DNA of 64,000 bases from Bugula neritina (lineage: Eukaryota; Animalia; Bryozoa): contig OZ037766.1 in NCBI GenBank assembly GCA_964035545.1, positions 11,522,722 through 11,586,721 on the forward strand, written 5' to 3'. Numbering within the stretch: the stretch's first letter is position 1; each line of letters starts with the position of its first letter. Below the pieces are notes generated by a model. It had not been told where the DNA came from. It saw nothing but the letters and a program-made list of their open reading frames with translations, and ran no database searches. Both the position numbers and the translations under genes were made by a program. Positions 14,101 to 29,100 of this stretch are shown here, in pieces.

Positions 14101-17100
14101 ATTATGATACTGCGACTGTCTTTGGCGAGTTACGCCTTCCGATGGAAGGAAATACTCAGGTGTAGAGTCAGACTCTCTGACCACATCTGTAAGTTCTACG
14201 GGGCTATTCTCATACGTCCCTAGCTCCTCCAGTTCAGGCATAACGGTCTCCTCATTAATAATACTAGTTAGATCGTTAGGTATTGGCCGTAAGGGTGTTG
14301 GCGTGGGCTGAGTACATAAACAGTCAACGTTTCTTAAATAATTTAAATACATTCTTTTGTTTTATAGTTTTTCATAAGTTCCACTAAAAAAGGAATCATC
14401 TCCACTCTACAGCTTTAAAAAACAAAACTGGTATAGCTGAACGTGTTTTTAATATCATTTGTGAATTACTCCTTGGATTCTTTTAGATATATTATTTAAA
14501 GAGTTTGTGTAGGCACCTAAAGATTGCTTTCATTTAGAAATTGGAACTATAGGCATTGTGCAAAAGGATAAGAGAATGGTGTAAATGTTAATAGAATTAG
14601 ATACATGTATCGCTAGAAACGTGCACTACTATCAGTTCCCCCTTCCTTGCAGCTAGACTAAATTATATTCATTGTTTTACAAATATAACCAAGTTTTGTA
14701 GGCGCAAACTTAGATGAAGCATTAAGCATACCTTAGAAGACACTCCTGAAGGCTTGTAAGTGGAAACCTTTTGACTTTCTAGAGTTTTAAACTGGCTCAT
14801 TAGTGTTTTAGCAATACCTACACAAATATTTAAAAATGACACCAAAGTGAAAATAATGTAAATTTAAAATAAAATACTTCATACTATAATGATTATAAAG
14901 TAGTGAAGAAAGCAAAGATGACAAACAATGAAATGAAACGTTATGTGGACATGGTGCAGTGGACTTGCTATTTGGTGTAGTTGATTTGAATTGTATAAAA
15001 GGCATAAGGGCCATTGTAAATGTGATAAACTATAGTAGCACCACATATACTACATTGATCAGTTGAACTATAGTTAACAGCTGGCACGGTATTTGTAAGT
15101 TTTTATCAACATTATGAAATCCCGGTTTAAAAATTTAAAAAATGCGTGTATTCCAATAGTAACAAAGCGGTATAATAGCTCATGACTGAAGGGAACATTT
15201 GAAAACCTAGTAGGATAATGAAATAAAGGCATAGGCTAAGTAAAAGTAAAGCTCGCAGAAAATATTAAAAAATAGAACATTTGTAAGGCAAGTAAAATAA
15301 GTTATTGCTCTGGACATGTGCTATCATGAGTTGCACTGCCCTTACTCCCCTTAAGTGAATTCTACAGTCTCTAACTGAGCATACATAAAATATGCACTTC
15401 ACCAGGACTATTTAAGTCATTTAATTCAATTTAAATTTACTCCAGTTAAAATGAAAGCTTTTGCTTCTCAAAGTAGTTACTGCACAAAAATCTACATCCT
15501 TTAAACATTACTTTCATGCCATTTGCATATATTAAATGCACTCAGATTAATTTAAAATATGCTCTGCAGAAATCAGTCACAAACAATAATCTAACCTGTT
15601 TCAGGCAATTCTTGCTCGTCCAATCTGTCTTCTTCACGAACCACATCTGTTCGTTGCACAGGTTGATTTTCATATTCACCACTCTCAACCTGTTACAACA
15701 CACTCGTTTTAAGGTATAGCAATGCCATTATACTATCAACAAAAATAACTATTCTATATTTCATTAGTAATAAAACATATTTTGGAGTAGAATAAGTTGA
15801 GTATAAGATGTAGTAAGCAGAAGCGACAGAAGTAACAAACAAGGTGCTAACACAAAGTACCTGCTGCTCCTTGTCAGGATCTACCTCAGCGTTTGCCGAG
15901 TTGATGGGAGGCGACGTGCTTTTTGTGACTCCCAAAGGAGTTGGGGTGGCCTAAACAATATAAGCAGCAGCAAAACTAAAAGGTGCAGAGAAAATGCTAG
16001 CCTATCACAAACAGCAAACAGTGAGATATTAAATCACACACACACACAAAAACAAGCACAAATAGATAAACATTAGTACAAGTCAAGAAGGTAGAGCATG
16101 CCATTTCTTTTATTACATGCATCTTCCAACAGGTTTGCACAACTTTTATTTACTTTCTTTGAACAGTTGATTTCACAAAATATTAGCATGCATGATACAA
16201 GCTACTAAGTATATTATAAAACTGTTGAAATGCCTATATATCACTGCCACTAGTTTAAGGGCACAGCTACATTTAGAATTCTTATTCAAGCACATACCAT
16301 AATAATAAAAAAGCTATTATAACTGATTAACAGTTCCAGCTGCTATTATGGCTTTAGCAAAAAACTTATGCTAGTTTTTTTAGCTACAAGGAGTATAGCT
16401 CTCCATATACTAACCTAAAACTAAAGGTCTGACACAAATTCTAACTCTTAATCTATAAATATTTGTTAGCGCAACATTCCTATGCCTATAGTTTCAGTTA
16501 TACGTAGCGGTTAACACAGGCTACAAAAATAGTATCTGCTGGGTAATGCACTAATAGGTCCAGGGAAGTTTCTCATGGTTTCCTACCAGATATTGCCTAT
16601 AGACAAGACGACAAACATACCTTCTTAGCCACGCCTGATGGCTTATGCTCCACATAGCTGGATGGTACTTGCTGTTCACTCAGTTCTTTCAGGCGAGCTT
16701 TCAAGTTTTGAGCATAACCTATGAACAGTACCAACTTGACAATCATCACTTCGAAAGGAATAAATAACTTGTTCTACTGTCATAACCTCACATACATGAT
16801 AATACAGTACAACAGGAAGAATGAGTATTCTTAAATTTTCAAATTTTGAAAAGGTGATTTTGTGTTGAGTTTAGTATAGTAGGTTATGGGCTCTAAAACT
16901 GAGATATTGTTGTAAGAGTTTTATGGCAATTTATAGTTCGACTAAAGTAAAGTTCTTTAAGCAGAGAGATAATAAAAATGATCTTACCAGTTTCAGGTAA
17001 CTCAGGCTCAGCGGATTTGTCGGACTCTCGGACAACATCTGTACGAACTTTAGGAGTGCTTTCTATTGCTCCTGTCTCAAACTGAGGCTCCACGTGATGC

Positions 17101-20100
17101 TCTACAATGCTTGCGGGACGGGACTTCACTCTTGGTGCCTAGCATTTGTAAAAACATACATATAAATAAATATTACTTTCTCTGAATAACAAATAGAATT
17201 TGTGTTTATGTTATTGCTTTGGAAGCAAAAAATCGCAAATTAGTTACTTAAGCACACAGAAAACTATTGGTGGAAAGAATTTTTTTTTATTTTTACCAAG
17301 AGGCTGTTTTGCAAGAGCAGTGTGTTTATATTTTAAGAAATAACAGTGAGTACTGTGATGACTATTCTAGTGCAAAAAACACTACATAAAGACGGAAATG
17401 AATAAAGTAATATATTATAATGTAATATACTACAACAGTAGTCTACAGTGTAATATACTACACAGTGATATATAGTGTAGTATACTACACAGTATTACAT
17501 AGTGTAATATACTACATAGTAATATATAGTGTAACATACTACATACATAGTAATATATAATGTAATATACTACGTAGTAAAATATAATGTAATATACTAC
17601 CTAGTAATATTTAATGTAATATATTAGCTAGTAAAATATAATGTAATATACTACCTAGTAATATATAATGTAATATACTACCTAGTAATATATAATGTAA
17701 TATACTACCTAGTAATATATAATGTAATATACTACCTAGTAATATATAATGTAATGTACTACCTAGTAATATATAATGTAAATCTCACCCTGTTTCCTGC
17801 CCCCGAAGGCTGATAGTCAGTAATATTTTTTGCTTCTTTTTCTTTCTGTTTAAATTTCGACATCATGTCTTTAGCCAAGCCAACAACCGGTAGCTCCTCT
17901 TCGAGAGCGGGACTGCACAGAATAGGGCACATAGCACATGTGTATTATAGCACAGAATAGCACATTACAGATCAGGTATATTATAGCACATGTGTATTAT
18001 AGGACAAGTATTATATTATAGCACATGTATATAACTGCTATTACATAAAATACTTGCACAGTCGCACAAATTAAATAAAATGTAGAGTAAATAAAATAAA
18101 TTTTATAAACTAGTATAATTATTTCAATAACTTACGTATCAGTTGCTCTTATTACATCTGTCCTTTGTACGGGGGTGTTTTCATACTCCCCTCCCTCTAC
18201 TTCAGGTATAATATGTGGTTCTGTGCTTTTCACTGGTTTAAGTTTTGCTGAAGCTGCTGTTGGCTATAAACAGCGAGTTAATTAATACAAATAAAAAATA
18301 TATAAAATGATTTAGCAGTAGATGATGCCTGAAAGCAATACACTGGAAAGAATGTTGTAAAAACCAACCCTTAATCCCAGCATCTGAGAACAAAGGTAAC
18401 AAGACACTGCAATTTAGTTTAATGCTTTAAACGGATGTATACAGTACTTGAAAGATATGAAAACCACCTACAACGATTAGCTATTACACGACCAAGTAAA
18501 AATAAAATAAAAACAACAAATCTTATTTCAGATTACCTTGGATCCAATTCCAGAGGGTTTATATTCTTTGTGTTGTTTGCTTTCTGTTTCCATCTGATTC
18601 CAGCGAGAAAGAAGATTCTTGGCTTTCCCTAAATAAGCATTTAAATATATTTATCTCAACAAACCAACCATTCATACCAAATATAAAACATTACTAAAGG
18701 CTGATAGACCATCAAATATAGAAAATTGATATTGAAAGTTGGCAAGTTTTATTGTTAGCAATACGTTTGTTGTGAAGAAATTAAGGCTACCTTTCTCTGG
18801 CATCTCTTCTTGTTCATTTTTGTCAGCCTCTCTCACAACATTTTCTCTAACTATTGGAGTATTCTCAATTTCACCGCCTTCAAACTGGGGTATTTGGTGT
18901 TCAATCGGGTTTGTATCTTGTGTTGGACTAAGTACTGGAGTTGTGGGGTATCTGATAATAGAAAGACAAGAGTAAGATACAATACTATTTGAAGAATTTA
19001 GTTTTCCAAACAAGCTATCCTTCAAGTCTATAAAAATTTAACTGCACTAGACACGAGGAATTTAGGAAAAACTATGAAAACAAACATTTTTTACAGCATG
19101 ATGAACCTTTTTTTATGTAAAACTGCTTTTTATAAATAACCATTGGTAAAGGCATGTTTATATTCATAAAGGAAATTATTTAGAAAATTATTTCGTTGTT
19201 CACTGTTGTTTATGTGGTATGTGTTTATGATGTACTATAAGCTTAATTATGTCAATTTTAGCAACATCAGCGCTATGCATTCAACATTATAAAATTAATG
19301 CAACTCTTTTACTAAATATAAAAAATTTATTTCATACACAAATCATTATAACTTAGCAAAGACAAAACCGAGTTTCTTATGTGAATAAATTTAACCGGCT
19401 AGTAATTGTGGTTTAAGGAATCTTATAGTCAAATCTCACCCATACTGTCCTGATGTGCGAGTCTTTTCTGGTTTAACTGATTGGCTGAAGTCAACGGGTT
19501 TAACCTGCTCATTCGTACTCATTGATTGAAACTTATCTTTCATTAGTTGGGAAGTTCCAACTGTAGGAAGCTCATCTTCCTTCTCAACTTTCTCATCTGA
19601 TTTGACGATATCGGCACTCGGTGCATCCGAGTTAGCTCCTTGGTCCATCCTACAAATCAGCAACTCTCATTGTGAGTGAGAAGTAAATGCTATATCAGTT
19701 GGCATTGCAGAAAGTTAAACTATGCACTGCTTGCACTTCCGATCTTTGGTTTAAAGCCCGATTTTTAAAGTGTCAGGTGCAGACAACTTGGTGTGCTAAA
19801 TAATGGAGTCTCTATTTCACTGTAAACTGTATTTACAATCAGCGAGTTGTTTAAAAAATTTTTTGGTTATATATACAGCTATCTTTTTTTAACTTTAGTG
19901 TTGTACTTAATGATAAACATGTACCTTATCACAACAATTATTTTTAGTTATTATAGTAATATTTAACGAAATGATTAGGTGATCAATCTGACAAGTTATA
20001 ATTAGTGATTGTTACGAATTTCAGGTCTGCTGTACGTTAAAGGCTGGTGTTTATATGACTACTTACTGTGAGAAAGGACTTTTAAAGTGTGGAATATTGC

Positions 20101-23100
20101 TCAAAAACTATAACACCTCTCCTCATATAACAATCACACAACTGCATAGTCTGAAAAATCCTCCCATTTATATCAAACATAACATCAACTGAGCAACCAT
20201 ATTTCCAAAACACTTACGGATATGAAATTATTTTCGTACAGCAAAAGCTAAACTATAATTCAGGTGAGTAGAGTTGACTGTAAATGTGCTCAACATTCTG
20301 ACACTCATCCTAAATATTGAAAACAGTGCACTGGATTTTAGATTGCAATTAGACTGCAAACAGTGAGTAAAACAAACGGCAACAGTGCAGGCACTAGAAG
20401 GGGAAATAATATAGTATTACCAAGCTTGATCTTGAAAATAACCGGGTAAATTGAATGATCTTTTCTCCTTATCAGCTCTGTGATAACATAAAAAATAACA
20501 CGTCTAACTGTTTTGCTTTAAATAACATATTTAGATTCTTCCAAAAGAAGAGTTGGTTCATTACATTAATTGTGTAAGAATCTAAAATAGCAATACTCAT
20601 ACAAGAAATCCTTGTAAGCAGAGTTGTAAGTATCAAAACATTAACAATACATCAATAAAACGAAACGAAACCCTTACACCAAAAGTATATCAAAGTAAAA
20701 AATTATCCTTGATAAAGGTTCAATTTATGCATACAACTGTATCAAAGTTAAATCAACTGCAAATATCAAATACGAATATTTTGTGGAGAAACAGAAAGAC
20801 TGTACTAGTGTGAAATTATATTCTCACTTCGGCCTATTATATAAAGAATATAATCATAAACTACAGCAGCAGTTTACCCAGTAGAGCTATCATATCCGCC
20901 AACGTTGTTTACTAACTGATCAAAACTGCTACAATACATTTACAAAATAAAGTTAATATCCAGAGACACTCAATATTTCAAAGAAAATACATAATATAAT
21001 AATATATAATATAATAATACATAATATAATGATGTATAATATACATAATACATAATATATAATATACAATATACATAATATATAATATACATAATATAAT
21101 AATACATAATATACATAATATATAATATACATAATATACAATATACATAATATATAATATATATAGTATACATAATAGGCTATATAATATACATAATATA
21201 TAATATACAATATACATAATATACAATATACATAATATACAATATACATAATATATAATATACATAATATATAATATACAATATACATAATATATAATAT
21301 ACAATATACATAATATATAATATACATAATATAATAATACATAATATACATAATATATAATATACATAATATATAATATACATAATATATAATATACAAT
21401 ATACATAATATATATAATATATAATATACATAATAAAAAACTCTGAACAATGTGATGAGCTTTCAATATACACCTATATAAGAAACATTTAAGGTATTCT
21501 GGTCAGCAATATTAATGAAGTCACATGGTACATGAAATATTTTGTAATAGGGTGTTATGTGCTGTGTACATTTGGGGTGAGAAGCAGTGAATGAGTAATA
21601 TAGACTCACAACTAATAACCTTCCAATAACCTCCAGTAAAGGAGAAACCATTTGAAAAAGAGGAGTTTTCATTTACAGTATAGTACAATTACATAGATGG
21701 ATTTGAACTATCAAGAAATCACCTAAATATGGAAGAAAACTAATAAACCAACACATAAATTTGACAGCCCAGCTCTTGTTGGATAACAAAATATTGCAGT
21801 TATAATTGCACACCATTTACCATTATAACTCCTAACAAAGGTTTGCTGTGGAATTTTCTTTAATTAGACTGTTTATTTAACTCCACCATTTTCTGAGTTA
21901 TTCATTATTAAATATTCAGTTTTAGCTAAATGTTCAACAGATCTCTACCAGCTTTTAGATGACCGTTTTGATTCAACCCAGAAATCCATGCTCAATCCTA
22001 CAGTGTATACACAACTTCGCTGTAAATCTGCAATTTCCACTAAAATACTTGGAAACTAAGAGTGCAATAGCAATGAGAATATGCAGAGCTATAGTCGGTG
22101 CTATTTAAATAAAAAAAATAAAGCGAGGTCAACTTAAGGCTCAAAATGGTTATTTACCGGCTTCTGGTTCGACCACCTCTTTTAGAAACTATCAGATCCT
22201 TGGACAAGCTGTTCATAAACAAAACTTTACAAAAAATGTACAGTGCAGACACCAACCACAAACAAAGAACATAACATCCTAATAAAACTGATAGAAATTT
22301 AAATGGGTATTTAACAACTTAGATTGTAAAAAATAGTATTACTTGATACAAACCGAAATAAACAAAACATTCATTGTTTTTTTTATGCTTTGAAAGAGTA
22401 TTCCAGGTAAAGGTTGACTGGTAACGTTTAGAAAGGAAGTGGTAGAGATAATATTTAATGTAGTGTTCAGAAGATAATCTATACTGTATTGTAATCGTGA
22501 TACTACTTATCTAAGATATTTACCACAAGAACCCCTATGCCAGTATTTATAACCAGTACTCAGCTTCTGCCTGAGTTAGACTGTGACTAGCCCTTTACAA
22601 ACTTCAATATAACTAGCAGAGTTGTGTCTATGATTTGACTATTGATTTCTTGTCAAACTTGCACTTATACAAGTAACTATCTGCATACAAAGCATATGCT
22701 AATAGTAATAGGAATGATAACAAGTTTATATGATGACTTAACACACAATTTAGACGTTATAAATCTATGCAGACTAATAAAGTTGTGCTGACTCATTTTT
22801 CCAATTATGAAAATTGATCAAAAACCCTGCACCTATATAAATCACATAGACAAGTGGAACAAATTGTGTCAAATAATATCGCCAGCAATTCATGAACACA
22901 ATTAATTTTTTTGCAACAAATTTTATTAGAGTAAACCAACGGCTCTTGATATTCTATGTATTACCTAACATAAAAAAGATACTCGCTCTATAAAACTAAT
23001 TTCATACGATCTAGCAAAAATAGCAAAAATAGCAAAAATATCTAATCAACACATTGTTCAATTGTCTTTTACCCCCTCTCTTCTTCCTATATTCTATAAT

Positions 23101-26100
23101 CCCTCTATGGTTTATAAGGTATGCTGGATGAAACAGAGCCTAATGATACAAAAGTGAATGCGGTGTCAGAAGACCTTAAAAATATGAACACACTAATGTT
23201 AGGTAGCAGTGTACAAATAAGAACCCAATATATCTAGCATGTTTTCACTATTACCTTTCAATGTTCAAGGAAACTATAACATCTTACACCATTACTTTTA
23301 GGTGCAGAGGAAAAGGGGAGTTTTTAAAGTATTACAGTACAAAAACCTAATACTCTGTAACCTTTATATAACATATTTTATTTTTTATTTTTATCAAAAC
23401 TATCAACCTTTCTTAGGCACAGTTGTACAAAAATTTCAGTAACCCGAATTCTCTAAATCGCCTTATAAAATTTAACTAGGGGCAAAAAGAGAGTAAAGAT
23501 CAGCTAGAAATTTACTTTGTGGTAAGTTTTTTGCATCTACAAGCAAAGAGTTTGGGGCTGCTTGAATGTATTTCTCAGTTGAACAAAAAAACATATCACA
23601 TTGAGCTTACCTTCTCACTAGAAATCCCCCTGTTCTGGTTGAGTGACTAGCAGGTGAATCTTCAGGTATAGTTTCTGTTGCTGAAGAATATAATTCAGAC
23701 AAATATAATGTGTGTGTATATTAGACTTGTCTTTGCTAATACAAAGTACTAAAACTACTGCAACGTTAGCGGCTATCGCAAGCAGCTAGTACTGTGCACC
23801 TAGGCTGATAGCGTACACTTGGCAGTCGGGTTAACAGTGACTAAGCGAGAGATAAACTTGTAATTTAGAATATTAGTGCTATATAAGGCATAAAACTTAT
23901 CTTTACTGCTATTATAACACACAATTTGAATGATGTCTGTTGGTACTAGCGCACAATCTTATCAATACTATCTTAGTAAAGTTGGTACCACCAAGATAAA
24001 ATCTTGATTTTGTTAGCACCTCAACTTTATCAATGAAAAGTTCCCATTTTCATAAAAACAATATAATTCATGTACGAAATGCACAGAAATGCACGTATTA
24101 TCTTAAATCAGTTTCTAATTTTTAGTTTGGCAATTTATTTGTTTCATAGACAGACAACTTCCCATGCTGTAAATATCTGCTAAAGCCAATTTCATGCCAA
24201 AAAACTGTATTGTCTCATAAAGAAGGTTTTTAGCAGAAGCAGTGCCACAAAAAGGAACATGAAAAGATAACTAAGTAAATAAACTTTATCTTGAAATATT
24301 AGGTACTTAAAGTTAAATTACTATGCTTTATAATGATAGGAATATGGATTGCAGATGAACAGGTAGTAGTTGTCAGGGCTTAAAAGTTGGTAGTTGAGAA
24401 TAGCTAGGAATTTAAATTGCTAACAACTCATGATTCCTTGTGACATCTACTTATATAATATTGTAAAATATATTCAAAACTTAAATGTTGAAAACTAATA
24501 TACATAATATGTTGAAAATAAAATCTTCCAGTTTTTACTAAAGCTGAACATACATTTAAATTGATGTTTTTGTTGGGTACACTAGTTATATAATGTTATA
24601 TATATAATGATAAATCAGAAGCTATTACGATTCTAAACTAGAAGGCAGCAAAAGAGCTACGAAATGTTGATATGCCACTACAGTAAATCAATTGAAGTAG
24701 CACTACAACATGCAGTTTGCCTAACTTGGTAAATTTGGTAGTAGATTAAAATTTCAAACACAGCTTATATAGTTATATACTTGGTAGAAGATACATCAAA
24801 GAAACTTACATAAACATCAAGCTATAAGTATATATACTAAGTATAAATTGAAATAAACAAGCTGGCAAATGACTTTGTTGGTGAATAATTTGTTAAAATT
24901 ATTACAATTGTTGAAATTGTTCAAGTATGCAATAATAATTATCATTGTTATAAAATTAATACAGTTTTAGCAGTTAATATTTCAAAGCCTGTATTTTTAA
25001 TTTGCTAAACAAGAATGCTTTTTACTTTCCTTATTTTTATTAAAATAGTTTGTGTATTAAACATAGTTAATAATTAAGTTTATATATATAAATTATAATT
25101 TTAATGTTTAAATATTTTTATTGCATCACTGTATTAAAAAGTGGCAAAAGTTGATTCTGCCTATCATCAACATCTCTATGACAATGAGGCTTACAGGAAA
25201 TCTCAGTTGAATAGTAGACATATAAGACTTAAGAGACTATAGCAATAAATAAAAACTAGTTCTGTGATCAATACTTTCCATTTTTACAAACCGCAGATTT
25301 TTAGATGAAATGTAGCATCTGCTAAATAAGTTTATGGTGCAATGATGTAATCTCATTGATATGCTAGAATTAGGAGATCTATAGTTAGACTGAGTTCTAC
25401 ATGAACAACAAGATGCAGCTACTTACCTTTAGGGCTATTCCTCACAAGGACATCTTCTGTAGAGCGTGGTGATGTAGCAACTAAAAATATTACAAAAGTT
25501 TATAGTACAAGAATATTTAAAATTATTACAACATGTAAAACTTAAAAATGTAAACCATATAGTATTTCAAAGGAATATACCACTACCAAGTTTTCACAAA
25601 TATAATTTTATTTCGGCCAATTAAGATAAACCTCGCATTGAAAGCCCAAAATCTGACACAAAGCATTATGGTTTGCGCGACCTCTACTGAACTTTTTATA
25701 CGTTACAAAATTTCTACTATACAGGATTCCTAAATTAGCAATTATGTTATATGAATGTATTCATATAATAGAAAAGATATCTAAAAAATTGACAAAAACT
25801 ACATTATATATTCAGAGACATTACAAAAGTCAATTAACATAATACAATTGGTAAATTTTAATATTATAAATGCCAGACAATAACTAAGTTGGGTCATCAT
25901 TGTTTGTGGAGTTGTCTTCTGTCTTATAATTAAAATGTATAACAACTTCTACCACACAACAAACTAATTTTAGGTAAATTATGCTTTTTAATCTGTATAG
26001 CATATTTAGTGTAGCACTTCCCTATACAGTATGTAGGAACAAAGTTGAATTTAAAACTATTACTCAACAAATCTAAAAAATAACTGATAGCTGAAGACTT

Positions 26101-29100
26101 TACTGAAAGAAAACAGATTGGTTAGCACTGCGGCTTTTTCACTTTAGAAATGCTAGATTGGTGACTGTTTTTATTATACTTTACTATAGATATTAACATG
26201 AAAGCAGTAAATTCGCATAATTTAATAAAATATTATTTTATTTGAATTATCACTAACCAAAAAAAGCTGTATATAATATTATATTAGAAAGTAGAGAGCA
26301 CTGCTGCTTTGCCTCAGTTTTTCTGTGCATTATTTTTATTAAAAGCAATAATTTTGTAGAAAAAAAAAACTTACCAGAAACAAAGTCATTGTTAGGTAAA
26401 CCCTACAACAGAAAATTATTGTAAAATGATGTTGACATCAAAGATACAAACACTTCAAACTAATTCAATGGTAAGTAGAGGTAGATGCTGGTTGGGTCTG
26501 GGAAAGGAAAGAGGAGGGAAAAGACTCAGCCATGTTACTTATCTTCTAATAGAATAGAAGCAGAAGCTTACAAAACTTTAGTATTACTAGTAGGCTATAA
26601 CCACAACATCTAAGCATGTAATAAAATGTGAACATCAATAAAAGCATTTGGGGTATTGTAGGCTACACACTGAAAAGTTTACTATCTTTACTTTAAAGCA
26701 ACTTTGAGTCAGATGAGTTTTAAAAAATCTATAGCAGTTGTTTTTTTTCCTGTGTAATCTTAATTCTAAATATATTTTAATATCAGTGAAATAATTTATT
26801 AGTTTTATGCCCTTATATGTGCAAATGTGAATTAATACATATTCGAAAAATATTGGTTTTATTGATTTATTATGACAAAGTAACTTTTCAACTTATATTT
26901 TACTATTCAAATGAAAATGACTGACTATAGATATTTATAGATATCTTACAATACAATATAATATTTACTAGATATTATTATTTATGTGGTCTATCATGCA
27001 GTTTGAGTTACAGTATACTATAGTCTATATGTTCAAACAACTGCGCCTACAGTGGTTTACTCTTTAGGACGCTACATTGTGAAGCAATATGGAGTTAGCT
27101 ACTCCTAACTGATTACTACTAGGATAATCTATCACTAAACCTTTACGTAAACAACTGCAGATTATTTAAGAAAAATGCTTTCAAACTTAATCCTTAAGCC
27201 ACACAGTTACACAAATCTAGTGCCTTTCCTGATTTTATTATTTTGCATCTGTTAGGTAACTACAGCACGTCATACTTGATGAAAAATTGTCTACTCAAAC
27301 GATTTAGGCAAAGTTGCTGGATAAATGTGCAATATAAAAATGGCACACATTTTATTTTTAAATAATTACTCTACATCTGTAATAAGTGAAGCTAAAACTA
27401 TTTTATGTTAACCAATGTTATTGTTTGAAGTATTTTACTTCCAAAAAGAGTATAACTTTAGTAAGAATTAGTTCTGGGTTTATTTATGTGCAGAACAGAA
27501 AACTTCATAAGGTCTACAGGTAACTATTTTTTCCATCATCAATTTATGCAAAAGTATACATATGATAAAACTGAGCCTTGTTAGATATTGGAAAACTAAA
27601 CTTTTCAAAAGATGTTATTGGCACACAACTTTAGGTCATATGATTAATTGCAGAACAAGGAGGTGAGAGACCACCAGACATAAAGCATCAGAGTAAAGGA
27701 TAGAGAAAGAGAGGATGTTTACACCAACTATTCCCACCATGCTTGTCTGGCCAATGCAGACCTATACTGTACCTCCACACTCAACACTGCCTCAACAGAA
27801 GCAGGCTGTTCTTTAGTTTCACTATCCTCAGTCTGAGAAATGATAATTCAAATATTTTAACCTAAACTTGCGACCAGCGGCTAAACAGGCCACTAGTGTT
27901 GTGGAAGATATGCAAGAAATAGCTTAAATGTAACATGTAAAGTTTTATACCCTGCTTTAATAACTGTCACAAATCTTCTTAAAAACATACTTTTTAGAAT
28001 TTATTGGAATCAAATTAAAAACAGTCTACTAGTGTTATCAAGATTCACTACTTACTGGGAATCATACATGGCATAATATACTATCACTATCATAATTTGG
28101 CTGTGGCATTCCACCATTGGGAACAGTTCTATTCAAATTAAACCTCAGTCTGGATGACTAAATAATAAAACTATTATATAATTGCTGCTACTGCACCACT
28201 GCTAGCTGAATTATAAATAGATATACCATGATTTGGAGCTTTGGTGCTGCTTTGTCCGCTGCCGAACCCTGCTGCTTCTTCTCGTACCTTTTTGGAGGCT
28301 TATACTCTGTATACTGCTCTGCAAATTCTTCATACGAAAAGTGTCGGCGGACAGTTTTAACTGGCTCATCTAAAATTTATTTAATAATTAAAGAAAACTG
28401 AGTAAGAGCGCTTTTTGGATTAGTTCAATAACATCAAAAAGTGTCAGCAGTTTGAATGTATATAATTATAACTGGTGAGCTTTGGCAACAGCAAACTATG
28501 TAATGTATTAGTACAGTAATTACAGCAGTACTTTGCTAAGACTGGTATATCAGCTAGTAACATGAGCTATTCAAAGTCTTTTCCTATTGCTAAACTCACT
28601 AAATTAAATTGATAATTTAAAATAAATGATAGTAATACATGTAGCCTCTGTACCTAGCGAAGGTGTGCATTCAGGGTCTTGTGTTGGTTGTTCCTCTGCT
28701 TTTTCTTCTAGAACTTCTTCATCCTTAAGGCTAGGCTCCTCCTCAACATCTTCAACAGACTCTTTTACTGACTCTACTGTTTGGATCACCTCCTAGACAT
28801 ATAAATTCAGATATAAAAATGAGCTCATCTTATTTCTAAATAACGTCGAGACTGCCCACATTCAAGCTCTGAATTTATATTGTTTGGATACTCATCGTTG
28901 GTCACTGGATAAAATACTAAACTATGTAGTTATAAAGCAAACGGTTAAAACCCATTAAGTAACTACATTTAGCTTCAACTTGTTATTGTTTATATTACAT
29001 TCCTATCTCTCTGTATTTAGACACAATCTGTAGACTTCTGCGTAGCATTCATTAGTGGAAAGAAATTGACTCTAGCAATATTTCAGTCAACTAACATAAA

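Noticed and set aside
17413-17782. 27-bp array as a possible CRISPR
   Set aside because: Head-to-tail repeats with no unique spacers, inside a eukaryotic intron, and no cas genes.
20953-21473. Four overlapping Y/I/C/M-rich ORFs
   Set aside because: Translations of an AT-rich simple repeat.
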